This document shows, piece after piece, positions 19,574 through 29,158 of a stretch of DNA of 64,000 nt. Below the pieces are notes generated by a model, which had not been told where the DNA came from, searched no databases, and saw only the letters and a program-made list of their open reading frames with translations. Position 1 is the stretch's first letter. Each line of letters begins with the position of its first letter. The position numbers and the translations under genes are program-made. Source of the DNA: Candidatus Freyarchaeum deiterrae (GTDB lineage Archaea; Asgardarchaeota; Jordiarchaeia; Jordiarchaeales; Jordiarchaeaceae); contig CP147778.1 of assembly GCA_037305845.1 (NCBI GenBank), positions 2,720,001 to 2,784,000 of the forward strand, written 5' to 3'.

Positions 19574-20611
19574 TCAGGTAACGGTTTTGAGCGTCTCTGT
19601 GAGTAGTTTTATGGTGTTTTCTATGTCCTTTAGATCCACTATCTCTACTGGTGAGTGAGTGTATCTTAAGGGTACGCATAGGGGACAGGTGGCAATTCCT
19701 TCGCGGGAGAGTTGTACTGCGGCGCCGTTTGTGGAACCCATAGCCACCGCTACCTGATAGGGTATGTTCAGTTTTTCAGCCGTTTCTATTAGCATTTCTC
19801 TCGGCTGACTATCAGAAACGAATTTTACATCCACGGCTCGAATCACGGGTCCCTTTCCTATCTCTATCGTTGTAGTGTATGGTCTTACACCCGGGAAATC
19901 TGCTGCACCGGTAGTGTCCACTGGGAACGCTATTTCGGGTTTAAGACTGTAAGCGGAGACGGTGGCTCCTCGGAGTCCTCTCTCCTCCTCTACACTGAAG
20001 GAGTATAGTATATCTGCTTCCAGTTCTTGGTCATTTAGGTTCTTTAGGCATTCCATTGCCACGAGGCAACCTATCCTATCGTCAAAAGCTTTACCGCAGA
20101 TGCGTGTGCCTAGTAACTCGTCTAGACCGCGTTGGAGGGTTATTGGGTCAATTACTCTGACTCCGGCCTCAACCGCCTCCTCCTTGTTGGTGGCTCCAAT
20201 GTCTATGAATAAGTTCTCAGCCGGAATTACACTGTCCCGCTCCTTACCAGTGGTAAAGTGCGGTGGTACGGCACCTATGCTGCCATTGATGTCTCCCTTT
20301 TTGGTGTGGATCACTACTCTCTGCGCTGGGAGAACCCTGTCGTCCAGCCCTCCCATAACTTCAAACCTTATGAAGCCCTTGTCGTCGATGGCTTTAACGA
20401 TGAGCCCCACCTCGTCCATGTGGGCGTCGATAAGAACTCTGGCCGCTCCCTTCCCTGAAACTTTGGCTAAAACGTTCCCCAATCGGTCGATCTTAACCTC
20501 ATCAACGTAGCCTTCAATTTTGGAAACTATAAATTGAGATATCTCAGATTCGAAACCTGAAACTCCGGGGGTTGATATTAATTCTTTAATTAGCGGAATT
20601 AGTTCACTCAT
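19574..20611 (-). CDS. M42 family (TET) aminopeptidase
   Basis: AHMDEVG, KAFDDRIG, EERGLRGA, RYTHSPVE. Confidence 0.95.
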   Translation of the reverse strand: MSELIPLIKELISTPGVSGFESEISQFIVSKIEGYVDEVKIDRLGNVLAKVSGKGAARVLIDAHMDEVGLIVKAIDDKGFIRFEVMGGLDDRVLPAQRVVIHTKKGDINGSIGAVPPHFTTGKERDSVIPAENLFIDIGATNKEEAVEAGVRVIDPITLQRGLDELLGTRICGKAFDDRIGCLVAMECLKNLNDQELEADILYSFSVEEERGLRGATVSAYSLKPEIAFPVDTTGAADFPGVRPYTTTIEIGKGPVIRAVDVKFVSDSQPREMLIETAEKLNIPYQVAVAMGSTNGAAVQLSREGIATCPLCVPLRYTHSPVEIVDLKDIENTIKLLTETLKTVT

Positions 20612-20813
20612 ATATTATTCCTCTCTCAGAGTGCCTTCCTTCCATAATCATAGTGTGGACATTTATAAGTTGTTTTCCACAATGCTCATGATTAAGCCAT
20701 TATAGCTTCTTGTAATGAGTTTGCTGTTTATAAGCAAATTAACTACCTGATTTGAGTATGCCTAAAGAAAAAGAGTTTTATCGGCATTGTGCTAAATAGT
20801 TTTAGGGATTATT

Positions 20814-21584
20814 ATGTCAACTGGAAGGCGTTCTGGAGCCGGTGTGGCTTTGGGTCTTAGCATTGTGGGATTTGTATTCTTCTTATTCTTCTTCTGGCCA
20901 ATTGCATTTGCTATACTTTTTGTGGGATTAGCCATTTTTTGCGCCCTACAATCAGGTCAGAGAACGGAACGAGCGCAAATTCGCCAAGAAAGAAGGGCGA
21001 GAAGGCGTCAACCCACAATCCAGCCGCAAAGGCCCCAGAGGGAGCCTTCAGAGCCCAATAGATATGATACTTATAACTTAGGCGGGAGAGTGCCTTCGCG
21101 ACAATCTGGCGTAAGAATACCTGTGGAAGAATCAGAAACTGAAAGTGAAAGTGAAAGTGAAACTGAAACTGGTAGAATCTTCCGTATGCCGACAGAAGAG
21201 GAATCTGAAGCTTCGACATCAATCTCTGAGCGTCTTATACCAAGAGAAGAACCCCGAGTTAGTGGTACAGCCGAAGAGAACACGGAGTTAAAGGACTTGG
21301 AAGAAGAATTAGATGCGACCAGGGCCAAATACGAGAGTATGGGCACCACGGTTGAAGCAACGGAAAAAACAGAAACTCCACCAGAAAAACAAGTTACTGT
21401 ACCTGATGAGAAAGCTGAGCGCATAGAAGACTTGGATAGCGAAGAACAAGCAACCCGGGTTCTACTGGAAGAATTAAAAGACAGATGGATGAGTGGAAAA
21501 ATAGACATTGATATGTACGAGAGGCTCAAAGAGAAGTATGAAAAGAAAATCGAAGACATTGAAAAACAAATAAAGGAAACTTAA
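20814..21584 (+). CDS. Membrane-anchored protein with acidic disordered linker and C-terminal coiled-coil/SHOCT-like end
   Basis: N-terminal TM hairpin; SESESE repeat (GAAAGT x3); C-terminal SGKIDIDMYERLKEKY. Confidence 0.7.
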   Translation: MSTGRRSGAGVALGLSIVGFVFFLFFFWPIAFAILFVGLAIFCALQSGQRTERAQIRQERRARRRQPTIQPQRPQREPSEPNRYDTYNLGGRVPSRQSGVRIPVEESETESESESETETGRIFRMPTEEESEASTSISERLIPREEPRVSGTAEENTELKDLEEELDATRAKYESMGTTVEATEKTETPPEKQVTVPDEKAERIEDLDSEEQATRVLLEELKDRWMSGKIDIDMYERLKEKYEKKIEDIEKQIKET

Positions 21585-21777
21585 AAAGTAACAATCCAAC
21601 TTTAAAGCTCGAATCTCCATTTAACCTTGCACGCTAAAACATACAAACACTACTCGGCTGATCAGCTCTTATTCTTTTTTTGGGTTTACTCTTCACACTG
21701 TGTTGTGAAAAGGGTTAAATACGGATTTTAGTAGAGGGTAGACGATTATTAACCACGTAAAGAAGGACGCGAGAAAA

Positions 21778-23034
21778 ATGGGTAAATTGGCAAGAGGAAT
21801 TGTGGTTATTGGTGCGGGAATGTCCAAGTTTGGTACGTTCCCAGATAAAACTGGCAGGGAACTTATGGTAGATGCGTACCTAGATGCGAAGAAATCCGTG
21901 GACAACGGAATAGACAGCAAAGACATCGAAGCGATGTTTCTGGGAAACTTCACAAGTGATATCTTCGAGGGACAAGGCCACAACGGACCCCTGATGGCTG
22001 ACTGGGTGGGTTTAACCCCTAAACCTTCTACCAGAACTGAGGGTGCGTGTGCTAGCGGTGGTCTTGCGTTAAGAGAAGGTATAACAGCTATTGCATCTGG
22101 ATTATACGATGTCGTTTGTGTTTCTGGTATGGAGAAAATGAGCGACCTTCCTACAGCCAGAGTGACGGACGCCCTGGCGGCGGCTAGTGATATTTCATAC
22201 GAGTTTCCCGTGGGAGCAACCTTCCCCGGACTATACGCAACCATGGCTACAGCGCACATGAAAAAATATGGAACAACCACAAAACAACTCAGAGTAATCG
22301 GCGTCAAAAACCACAACAACGGAAAACTCAACCCCAAGGCTCAGTTCTCCGTCACCATAAAGGAGCTCATGGAAAAGAGAATCGCGAAGCAAAAAGAGAA
22401 GGGAGAAACTTGCCCTCTTTGGAAAGATGAGTTTGACTTTTTGGAAGACCCCCAAGCAAACCCGGTGGTAGCGTGGCCTCTAAGGCTCTACGATTGCTCA
22501 CCCATCACTGATGGTGCCGCTGTAATATTTCTGGCGGCTGAGGAAGTGGCGAAGAAATTCACAGACACTCCCCTGCATATTATTGGCACGGGTCAAGGGA
22601 GCGCCCAACCAGCACTGCACGACAGAGCCGACATCACAACCATAATAGCAGCCAAGGAAGCTTCAAGAACAGCATACAAAATGGCTGGTGTGAAACCAGA
22701 AGACATACAAATAGCTGAAGTGCACGACTGCTTTACAATAGCGGAAATAATAGCAACTGAAGACCTAGGATTCTTCAAACCCGGCGAAGGGGGAAAGGCC
22801 GCAGAAGAAGGAATAACGGCACGCGACGGAGAAAAACCAATAAACACATCAGGTGGACTCAAATCAAAGGGACACCCGGTCGGAGCAAGTGGAGTGGCTC
22901 AAGTTCTCGAGATCTGGAAACAGCTTCGCGGTGAAGCGGGGCCGAGACAAGTGCCTGATGTAGAGCTTGGACTTACCCACAATGTGGGTGGTACCGGCGG
23001 TACCTGTGCAGTTCACATTTACAGGAGGCAATAG
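21778..23034 (+). CDS. Archaeal thiolase (acetyl-CoA C-acyltransferase)
   Basis: EGACASGG, EVHDCF, SGGLKSKGHPVGASG, HNVGG. Confidence 0.95.
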   Translation: MGKLARGIVVIGAGMSKFGTFPDKTGRELMVDAYLDAKKSVDNGIDSKDIEAMFLGNFTSDIFEGQGHNGPLMADWVGLTPKPSTRTEGACASGGLALREGITAIASGLYDVVCVSGMEKMSDLPTARVTDALAAASDISYEFPVGATFPGLYATMATAHMKKYGTTTKQLRVIGVKNHNNGKLNPKAQFSVTIKELMEKRIAKQKEKGETCPLWKDEFDFLEDPQANPVVAWPLRLYDCSPITDGAAVIFLAAEEVAKKFTDTPLHIIGTGQGSAQPALHDRADITTIIAAKEASRTAYKMAGVKPEDIQIAEVHDCFTIAEIIATEDLGFFKPGEGGKAAEEGITARDGEKPINTSGGLKSKGHPVGASGVAQVLEIWKQLRGEAGPRQVPDVELGLTHNVGGTGGTCAVHIYRRQ

Positions 23035-23036
23035 AA

Positions 23037-23441
23037 ATGCTGACACCAGAAGCATCGGTCAAATCATTTTACGATTTCCTAAAACAGAAAAAAATTATGG
23101 GCACCAAGTGCGCGGATTGCGGTAAAATATCTCTGCCGCCAAGACCTTTATGTCCAAAATGCATGAATTCCAACCTTGAGTGGGTAGAGCTTGAGGGTAA
23201 AGGAAAACTAGCAGCATTCACTTCGATAGCAGTGGGCCCCACGCATATGATAAACGCAGGGTACACAAGGGATAATCCGTATGTATTTGGCATCGTTAAA
23301 CTTGATTCCGGTCCCAGCATAAGTGCACAAATCCTTAAAGTCGACCCCAAAAAACCGGAAAGCATCGTAATAGGTTCCAAGATGACTGTCGAATTCATTA
23401 CAAGGGGAGACAAAGTGCTTTTAGGATTCAAACCAGCTTAA
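23037..23441 (+). CDS. DUF35 Zn-ribbon/OB-fold thiolase partner
   Basis: CADCG...PPRPLCPKC...GKGKL; directly follows the thiolase. Confidence 0.92.
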   Translation: MLTPEASVKSFYDFLKQKKIMGTKCADCGKISLPPRPLCPKCMNSNLEWVELEGKGKLAAFTSIAVGPTHMINAGYTRDNPYVFGIVKLDSGPSISAQILKVDPKKPESIVIGSKMTVEFITRGDKVLLGFKPA

Positions 23442-23699
23442 TAAATCACACTTTTAAAACCCTTTTTCTTTAATTTTAATAAATTAAAAAGTCTATTTTT
23501 ACCAAACAGGGCTTAAATAATTGTAAAAAGCGTATCCTCAGTAAAATTTATAATAGAAACGCACTCCAAATCTTGTTTATACTCAAAAATTATTGCGGAT
23601 TAAACATATAATACAAAACATCAATTTTTCTAGAAAGTATCTCTGAACACTGTACAAGCCAACAATCATTAACGCTGGTTAGAGGTAGAGGTGTTATAA

Positions 23700-24854
23700 A
23701 TGGATTTCGAACTAACCGAAGAACAAGAAATGATAAGGCAGAGTGTAAGAGAATTCGCCGAAAAAGAATTAGCACCTAGAGTTGATGAGGAAGAAGAAAA
23801 GGGCGAGTACCCATGGGACATCATAAATAAGGCAGCTGACCTCGGTTTCCTAGGAGCAACAGTCCCACAAAAATATGGGGGGTCGGAAGTAGACAGTATT
23901 AGCGCAGCAATTCTCATAGAGGAACTCGCCAGAAAATGGCCTTCTATTGGGACAATCATACACGTTCACAACTCAGTGTGCTGCTGGCCACTGAATCACT
24001 TCGGCACCGAGGAACAGAAAGAGAATTATCTTCCACGGCTCGCCAAAGGAGAGATAATAGGCGCGTTTTCACTAACCGAACCTGAAGCGGGATCAGATGC
24101 GTCAAATGTAAAAACTAAAGCAGTACTCGATGGTGATGAGTGGGTTATAAATGGATTCAAACAATGGGTAACAAACGGTTTTGCAGCTGGAGTTTACCTA
24201 GTTTTCGTTGTAACCGATGGCGCGACTAGCGATCCAAAAAGGAAACCAATTAGTATTCTAATTGTTGATAAAGACTCTCCTGGTATTAAGTTAGGTAAGC
24301 CTGAGAGAAAGCTCGGAATACACAGCTCTGTAACCCCCAAGTCTTTAGTTTTTGAAGATTGTCGCGTTCCGAAGGAAAATGTTCTAGGAAAGGTGGGTGA
24401 AGGGTATAAGATGGGCATGATTATACTTGACCAGGCAAGAATTGGGGTTGCAGCCCAGGGTGTAGGTGTGGCGCAATCTGCGTTTGATGAGGCTCTGAAA
24501 TATTCTCAGCAAAGAGTTCAGTTCGGTCAACCCATAGCAAAGTTCCAAGCCATACAGTGGATGCTTGCCGATATGGCTACGGAAATAGAGGCGGCTCGTT
24601 TGCTTACCTATAAGTCGGCTTATCTTAAGGATAAGGGTGCTAGAATTTCGGTGGAGGCAGCCATGGCAAAACTGGCGGGAGGAGAAATTGCCATGAAAGC
24701 TGCAAATCTAGCGCTGCAGATTCACGGTGGATATGGATACATTAAGGACTACCCTATTGAGAGAATATTCCGGGACTCGAAAATTATGGGCATTTACGAG
24801 GGGACCAACGAAATACAGAAACTAAGAATCGCCAGCGAGCTACTAAAAAAATAA
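23700..24854 (+). CDS. Acyl-CoA dehydrogenase
   Basis: LTEPEAGSD, RVQFGQPI, QIHGGYGY, IYEGTNEIQ. Confidence 0.96.
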   Translation: MDFELTEEQEMIRQSVREFAEKELAPRVDEEEEKGEYPWDIINKAADLGFLGATVPQKYGGSEVDSISAAILIEELARKWPSIGTIIHVHNSVCCWPLNHFGTEEQKENYLPRLAKGEIIGAFSLTEPEAGSDASNVKTKAVLDGDEWVINGFKQWVTNGFAAGVYLVFVVTDGATSDPKRKPISILIVDKDSPGIKLGKPERKLGIHSSVTPKSLVFEDCRVPKENVLGKVGEGYKMGMIILDQARIGVAAQGVGVAQSAFDEALKYSQQRVQFGQPIAKFQAIQWMLADMATEIEAARLLTYKSAYLKDKGARISVEAAMAKLAGGEIAMKAANLALQIHGGYGYIKDYPIERIFRDSKIMGIYEGTNEIQKLRIASELLKK

Positions 24855-24986
24855 AATGGAACAGAATGAAAAACACGCTGCCGTGAAACAACATTAAAAC
24901 AAAACAGGGAAAAAGCGGTTGATTTTTTTAATATCCGCTACACCAAACACTATTTTTACCTGCACAAATTTAAAAGAAATATGACA

Positions 24987-26177
24987 TCAAGTCTCTTGAA
25001 GTCCTTTTCGCAATTCTTTGACCAGTTCTGGAACTATTTTGAATAAATCTCCGACGACGCTGTAGTTTGCTATTTTTAGGATGGGTGCGTCTGAATCCTT
25101 GTTTATTGCTACGATCATGTCTGATGTTTGCATACCTACCAGGTGCTGAATCATGCCCGATATTCCCACCGCGATATAGAGTTTCGGGGCGACAGTCTTT
25201 CCCGTCTGACCTACCTGGTGATGGTGAGGAAGCCAATTCTCATCTGCAACCGGTCTTGAGCAGCCCAAAGCGGCGCGGAGTGTCTTAGCCAACTCCTCAA
25301 CAACAGGTATGTTGTCTGGTGACTGGATTCCGCGTCCACACGAAACAATGATGCTTGCTTCCTCCAGATTAACACCTTCAGTAACTTCTTTAACAGTATC
25401 CACAATTTTTGCCTTAACCATTTTAGGAGTGATGCTAGCTTCGACCTTAACAACTTCTCCATTCCGCGATAAGTTAAGTTCTGCCCTTTTCATCACGTTC
25501 GGTCGTACAGTAGCCATCTGTGGTCGAGTGTATCTTGTAAGAATAGAAGCCATAATGTTCCCCCCGAAAGCAGGTCTGGTCTGCAGAAGCAAGCGATCCT
25601 CTGTTATATCCAGCCCTGTGCAATCCGCTGTTAGACCCACTCTTAGCCTTGCGGCGATTCTGGGCGCTAAATCGCGTCCATTGAGTGTGGCTCCGTATAA
25701 CACAATGGAAGGCTTGTATTTGGAAATAACTGCGGTCAGCATCGCAGTGTAAGCGTCGCTATTGTATTTCTCGAGAAGCTCGTGTTCAACTAGGTAAACC
25801 TTATCCGCACCCTGAGCAATAACGGTATCTGTCAAGTGTGATACATCTTTTCCAATGAGAACAGCTGCGAGTTCTTCCCCCAATTTGTCCGCCAGTTTTC
25901 TCCCCTCGCTTAGAAGTTCGAGCGCTGCGTTCTTTAGTTTACCATCGCTCTGCTCGGCGTAAACCCAGACTCCCTTATACTCCGAGGTGTCTACTTCCCC
26001 CCGCTTAGGCCTCTCGATAACAATAGCTTTGACTGGGCAAATCCTTTCACATGCACCGCAAAGGGTACAGGCCTCGGATATCTGCGCCTTTTCGTTAACG
26101 ACCTCAACGGCTCCAAAAGGGCATTGAGAGACGCAGGTTTTACATCCCGTGCACTGGTCTATTATAACTCGAATCAT
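24987..26177 (-). CDS. etfA: Electron transfer flavoprotein alpha subunit with N-terminal 2x[4Fe-4S] ferredoxin
   Basis: Two CxxCxxCxxxCP motifs; RPAFGGN, QVGQTGK, GISG, AINKD. Confidence 0.95.
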   Translation of the reverse strand: MIRVIIDQCTGCKTCVSQCPFGAVEVVNEKAQISEACTLCGACERICPVKAIVIERPKRGEVDTSEYKGVWVYAEQSDGKLKNAALELLSEGRKLADKLGEELAAVLIGKDVSHLTDTVIAQGADKVYLVEHELLEKYNSDAYTAMLTAVISKYKPSIVLYGATLNGRDLAPRIAARLRVGLTADCTGLDITEDRLLLQTRPAFGGNIMASILTRYTRPQMATVRPNVMKRAELNLSRNGEVVKVEASITPKMVKAKIVDTVKEVTEGVNLEEASIIVSCGRGIQSPDNIPVVEELAKTLRAALGCSRPVADENWLPHHHQVGQTGKTVAPKLYIAVGISGMIQHLVGMQTSDMIVAINKDSDAPILKIANYSVVGDLFKIVPELVKELRKGLQET

Positions 26178-26992
26178 TCTCTGTTTATCCTCCCTCTGAG
26201 ATTTTTTATGATGGGTTCCTCAAGCAATATTCGGGCTAGTTTTTTTGCGGAATCTGCAGGGTTTTCCTCTCTGATAATTACTCCGCCACCTCTCTGCTTG
26301 GGAGTAAATATTCTCACCACTTCTGTGAATGAACCTTTCAAGCCATATGACTGAGGGTCACCCCCTATGTCCGTGAGGGTGAGTTCTTTAATCTCTTTCT
26401 TCTTGGAGAGCATTATTTCTCTGAGGGCTGGGATTCGAGGTTCATTTAGACCTTTGATAGCGGTTAGGAGAACTGGTAATCGACATTCAATGACTTCGTA
26501 GCCTTCTTCGGTTTCTCTGTGAACGGTTACTCGTTTCTTTTCTTCGTCGATATCCACCTTTTTGACGTAGGTTATGGGGGTTATTCCGAGATTTTCGGCT
26601 AGTTCGGGGCCCACTTGGGCTGTGTCGCCGTCGATTGCCCGTGTACCGCATATTATTAGGTCGTATTCCATTTTTTTGACGGCCTGTGCGAGGGTGTAAG
26701 ATGTAGCCCAGGTGTCTGAGCCTGCAAAAGCCCTATCGGTGAGCAGGACTCCCTTATCCGCGCCCATTGCTAAACATCTCATCAGAGCTTGCTTTGCCTG
26801 TGGCGGTCCCATTGTTACGACCGTAACTTCTCCTCCGTGTTTCTCTTTTATCCTCATCGCTTCTTCCACTGCTATTTCGTCGAAAGGATTGACGATGGAT
26901 GGGACTCCCTCACGGACAAGGGTATTAGTCTTTGGGTCTATCCTAACCTCAGCAACTTCAGGAACCTGCTTAATACAAACCACGATCTTCAT
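26174..26992 (-). CDS. etfB: Electron transfer flavoprotein beta subunit
   Basis: VCIKQVP, NPFD, FAGSDTWAT, DGDTAQVGP. Confidence 0.95.
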   Translation of the reverse strand: MKIVVCIKQVPEVAEVRIDPKTNTLVREGVPSIVNPFDEIAVEEAMRIKEKHGGEVTVVTMGPPQAKQALMRCLAMGADKGVLLTDRAFAGSDTWATSYTLAQAVKKMEYDLIICGTRAIDGDTAQVGPELAENLGITPITYVKKVDIDEEKKRVTVHRETEEGYEVIECRLPVLLTAIKGLNEPRIPALREIMLSKKKEIKELTLTDIGGDPQSYGLKGSFTEVVRIFTPKQRGGGVIIREENPADSAKKLARILLEEPIIKNLRGRINRE

Positions 26993-27379
26993 TATTAACA
27001 ACCCTCTCTAATCCGCACCTTATCCATAGCTTTAAGGTGGGGGCGGCTAGAGTTTTGTGTTTTTGTTGTGTGATTAATTTTCTCAACTTAAATTTTTTGG
27101 AGCGTTACAAATCAATCATATGACTAGAACTGTAAGGAATTCAAGTTTCTCCTCAAAATCACAGCTTTATTTCTATTAATCTTTATTGTATTTAACATTT
27201 ATTGGCAGTAAGACTTAATAAGACTGGATTCAAAAACAAAGATTATCCAATCATGCCACAGTAAAGATTAAATTACCAAAGTTTTCATAAAATATCCTTA
27301 GGAATTGACTTCCTACTCTTAATGAAAAAACCTCAAAAATGAATCTGAAGTAGCACAACTTTTGCCAGGAGGAATAAAA

Positions 27380-27757
27380 ATAACGAAGCTTAAAGATAAA
27401 ATTCTAATCAAAGAACTCGGAATTGACGATTTAAAAACAACAAAGAAAAAAGTCATTGACGCTGTAACCGAACTAGTTAACAGTTATGAAACATTATGGG
27501 ATCTTCTAAGGGGTTGCATAAGAACTCCTGAATGCTCAATGAACCACGAACTGGAAATAGGCGACATTGTAGAAGAAGCAATAGGCACAGACAGTGACAC
27601 CGTCTATAGTTTAGGAGAAGAAGTTCAAGAAGAAGAACTGGGTTACGAGGAAGAGGAAGAAGAAAAAGAAGAAGAGGAAGAAGAAGAAGAGGAAAAGAAA
27701 GAAGAAAAAGAAGAAGCGTACGATGCGGAAGAAGATGAAGAACACGACGAAGAATAA
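27380..27757 (+). CDS. Small hypothetical protein with long Glu-rich C-terminal tail
   Basis: Helical N-terminus, then about 45 mostly E/D residues. Start either TTG 27362 or ATA 27380 (7 nt after AGGAGG). Confidence 0.65.
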   Translation: MTKLKDKILIKELGIDDLKTTKKKVIDAVTELVNSYETLWDLLRGCIRTPECSMNHELEIGDIVEEAIGTDSDTVYSLGEEVQEEELGYEEEEEEKEEEEEEEEEKKEEKEEAYDAEEDEEHDEE

Positions 27758-27849
27758 CCGAATTGAAAAAACGTAGTGAAACTAATCATCCTTTTTCCTT
27801 TTTTATAAAACTTAAATCCGCTCAAGAAGTTGACTTTAAGTTTAAACGT

Positions 27850-29100
27850 TTAAACGGTATTGCTTGGTTTTGTAACGTATTCGCAATATTCGTCTCCTTT
27901 GGCTATGCACTTCACTTCCTCTGTTACACCCTTAACACCACTAAGTATCTCGTAGATACCATTTATTATTCCACCATTGTGCGACCCTGCTGGTTTTTTA
28001 ACATTTTTCAAGCCACTGCAAAAGGGTGAGTTGAAATTCTTTATACTGAGAATTTGTTGTTTCTCGTCGAATTCGCCAATAAATTGTCCGAATCCTCTTA
28101 ATGTATTAAATCTGCAATATACTGGAATTCCTTCACTCATCGTCGAGGGTTTGAACTGTCTCATTAAAATTTCAACCATTGATTTACTTCTTCCTAAACC
28201 TTGAGAATAAAGCATTTCATCGGTTTTTTCATAGCCATATTTTTCAAACATGGAGCTCGTAACTTGAGTTATGAAGTTTGCGTCATTAATTACAATTCTT
28301 GAACCTAATAGTTCTATGACTCCTCTTTCTGGCATCTTTAGGTGCTGTTTTAGTCTGTTAAACTCCTCAATTATCTCGGTGCTTAGAACAATGCCTGTTT
28401 TTCCCATCTCAAATGGAATGAGGTCGTCTATATAATCCAGTGTAGGCGATTTGGATACTCTTAGAAATCTTTTATGACCCCTTTCCTCTTCAGAGACTCT
28501 AAGCTCAATAACGTAGTCAAAAATGTGTTTTAAGGTGCTTATACTTTTCTCATCCAGCATACCTTTATCAAAAACAAAAATTGATATACCACATTCACTG
28601 AGTAGAATCTTATTCATATAAATCAAATTGATAACTTTATCCATATCTTGTCCTTTTGATAGCATAACGTTACTCATAAAACATACACTGAAGTACCTGG
28701 ACTTGTGCTCTTTCATGGATTGGATAACATTGTGAAGATAAGAGTTGAGACGTATAAGGTCTCTTGGCTCGTCTATAACCAACTCTTCTTCGGATTGAAG
28801 TTTTCCATAAAGATTCGTAAACCCATCAACTAGGAAAAACTTTTTTTCCTTCTCAAATTCTTTGATTCCGAAATTAAAATGCCCTAACCATTCTTTGATT
28901 CGCGCTGTCGGTATATCAAGGTCCATAATCAATCCGCTGTCTCCCTGCTTCAGTCTGAAGCCCATAATCTGCAAGGGTAAAATTTCACCCATGGATCCGG
29001 TTTCAGTTAACAATAAGATTTGAGCATTCTTCTCAAAACCGCCTCCAGTCAGAAAGTCAAAGGCTGGAATACCCGTACTAGACAACTCCATTAGACTCAC
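27850..29100 (-). CDS. KaiC-like (Walker A degenerate) - V4R domain fusion
   Basis: SSTGIPAFDFLTGGG start; C-terminal V4R: RGFG, NSPFC, EEVKCIAKGDEYCEY. Confidence 0.85.
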   Translation of the reverse strand: MSLMELSSTGIPAFDFLTGGGFEKNAQILLLTETGSMGEILPLQIMGFRLKQGDSGLIMDLDIPTARIKEWLGHFNFGIKEFEKEKKFFLVDGFTNLYGKLQSEEELVIDEPRDLIRLNSYLHNVIQSMKEHKSRYFSVCFMSNVMLSKGQDMDKVINLIYMNKILLSECGISIFVFDKGMLDEKSISTLKHIFDYVIELRVSEEERGHKRFLRVSKSPTLDYIDDLIPFEMGKTGIVLSTEIIEEFNRLKQHLKMPERGVIELLGSRIVINDANFITQVTSSMFEKYGYEKTDEMLYSQGLGRSKSMVEILMRQFKPSTMSEGIPVYCRFNTLRGFGQFIGEFDEKQQILSIKNFNSPFCSGLKNVKKPAGSHNGGIINGIYEILSGVKGVTEEVKCIAKGDEYCEYVTKPSNTV

Positions 29101-29158
29101 CCCAAAAAAATATCTAGAAAAACCATAATGTATATGTTTTCTCTCCTTTGAGTGCTAT

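Noticed and set aside
27012-27047. Hairpin CACCTTA...TAAGGTG upstream of etfB
   Set aside because: A single short stem; insufficient to call a riboswitch or operator.
27640-27755. GAA/GAG purine run resembling a tandem repeat or array
   Set aside because: Simply encodes the poly-Glu tail; no repeat-spacer structure.
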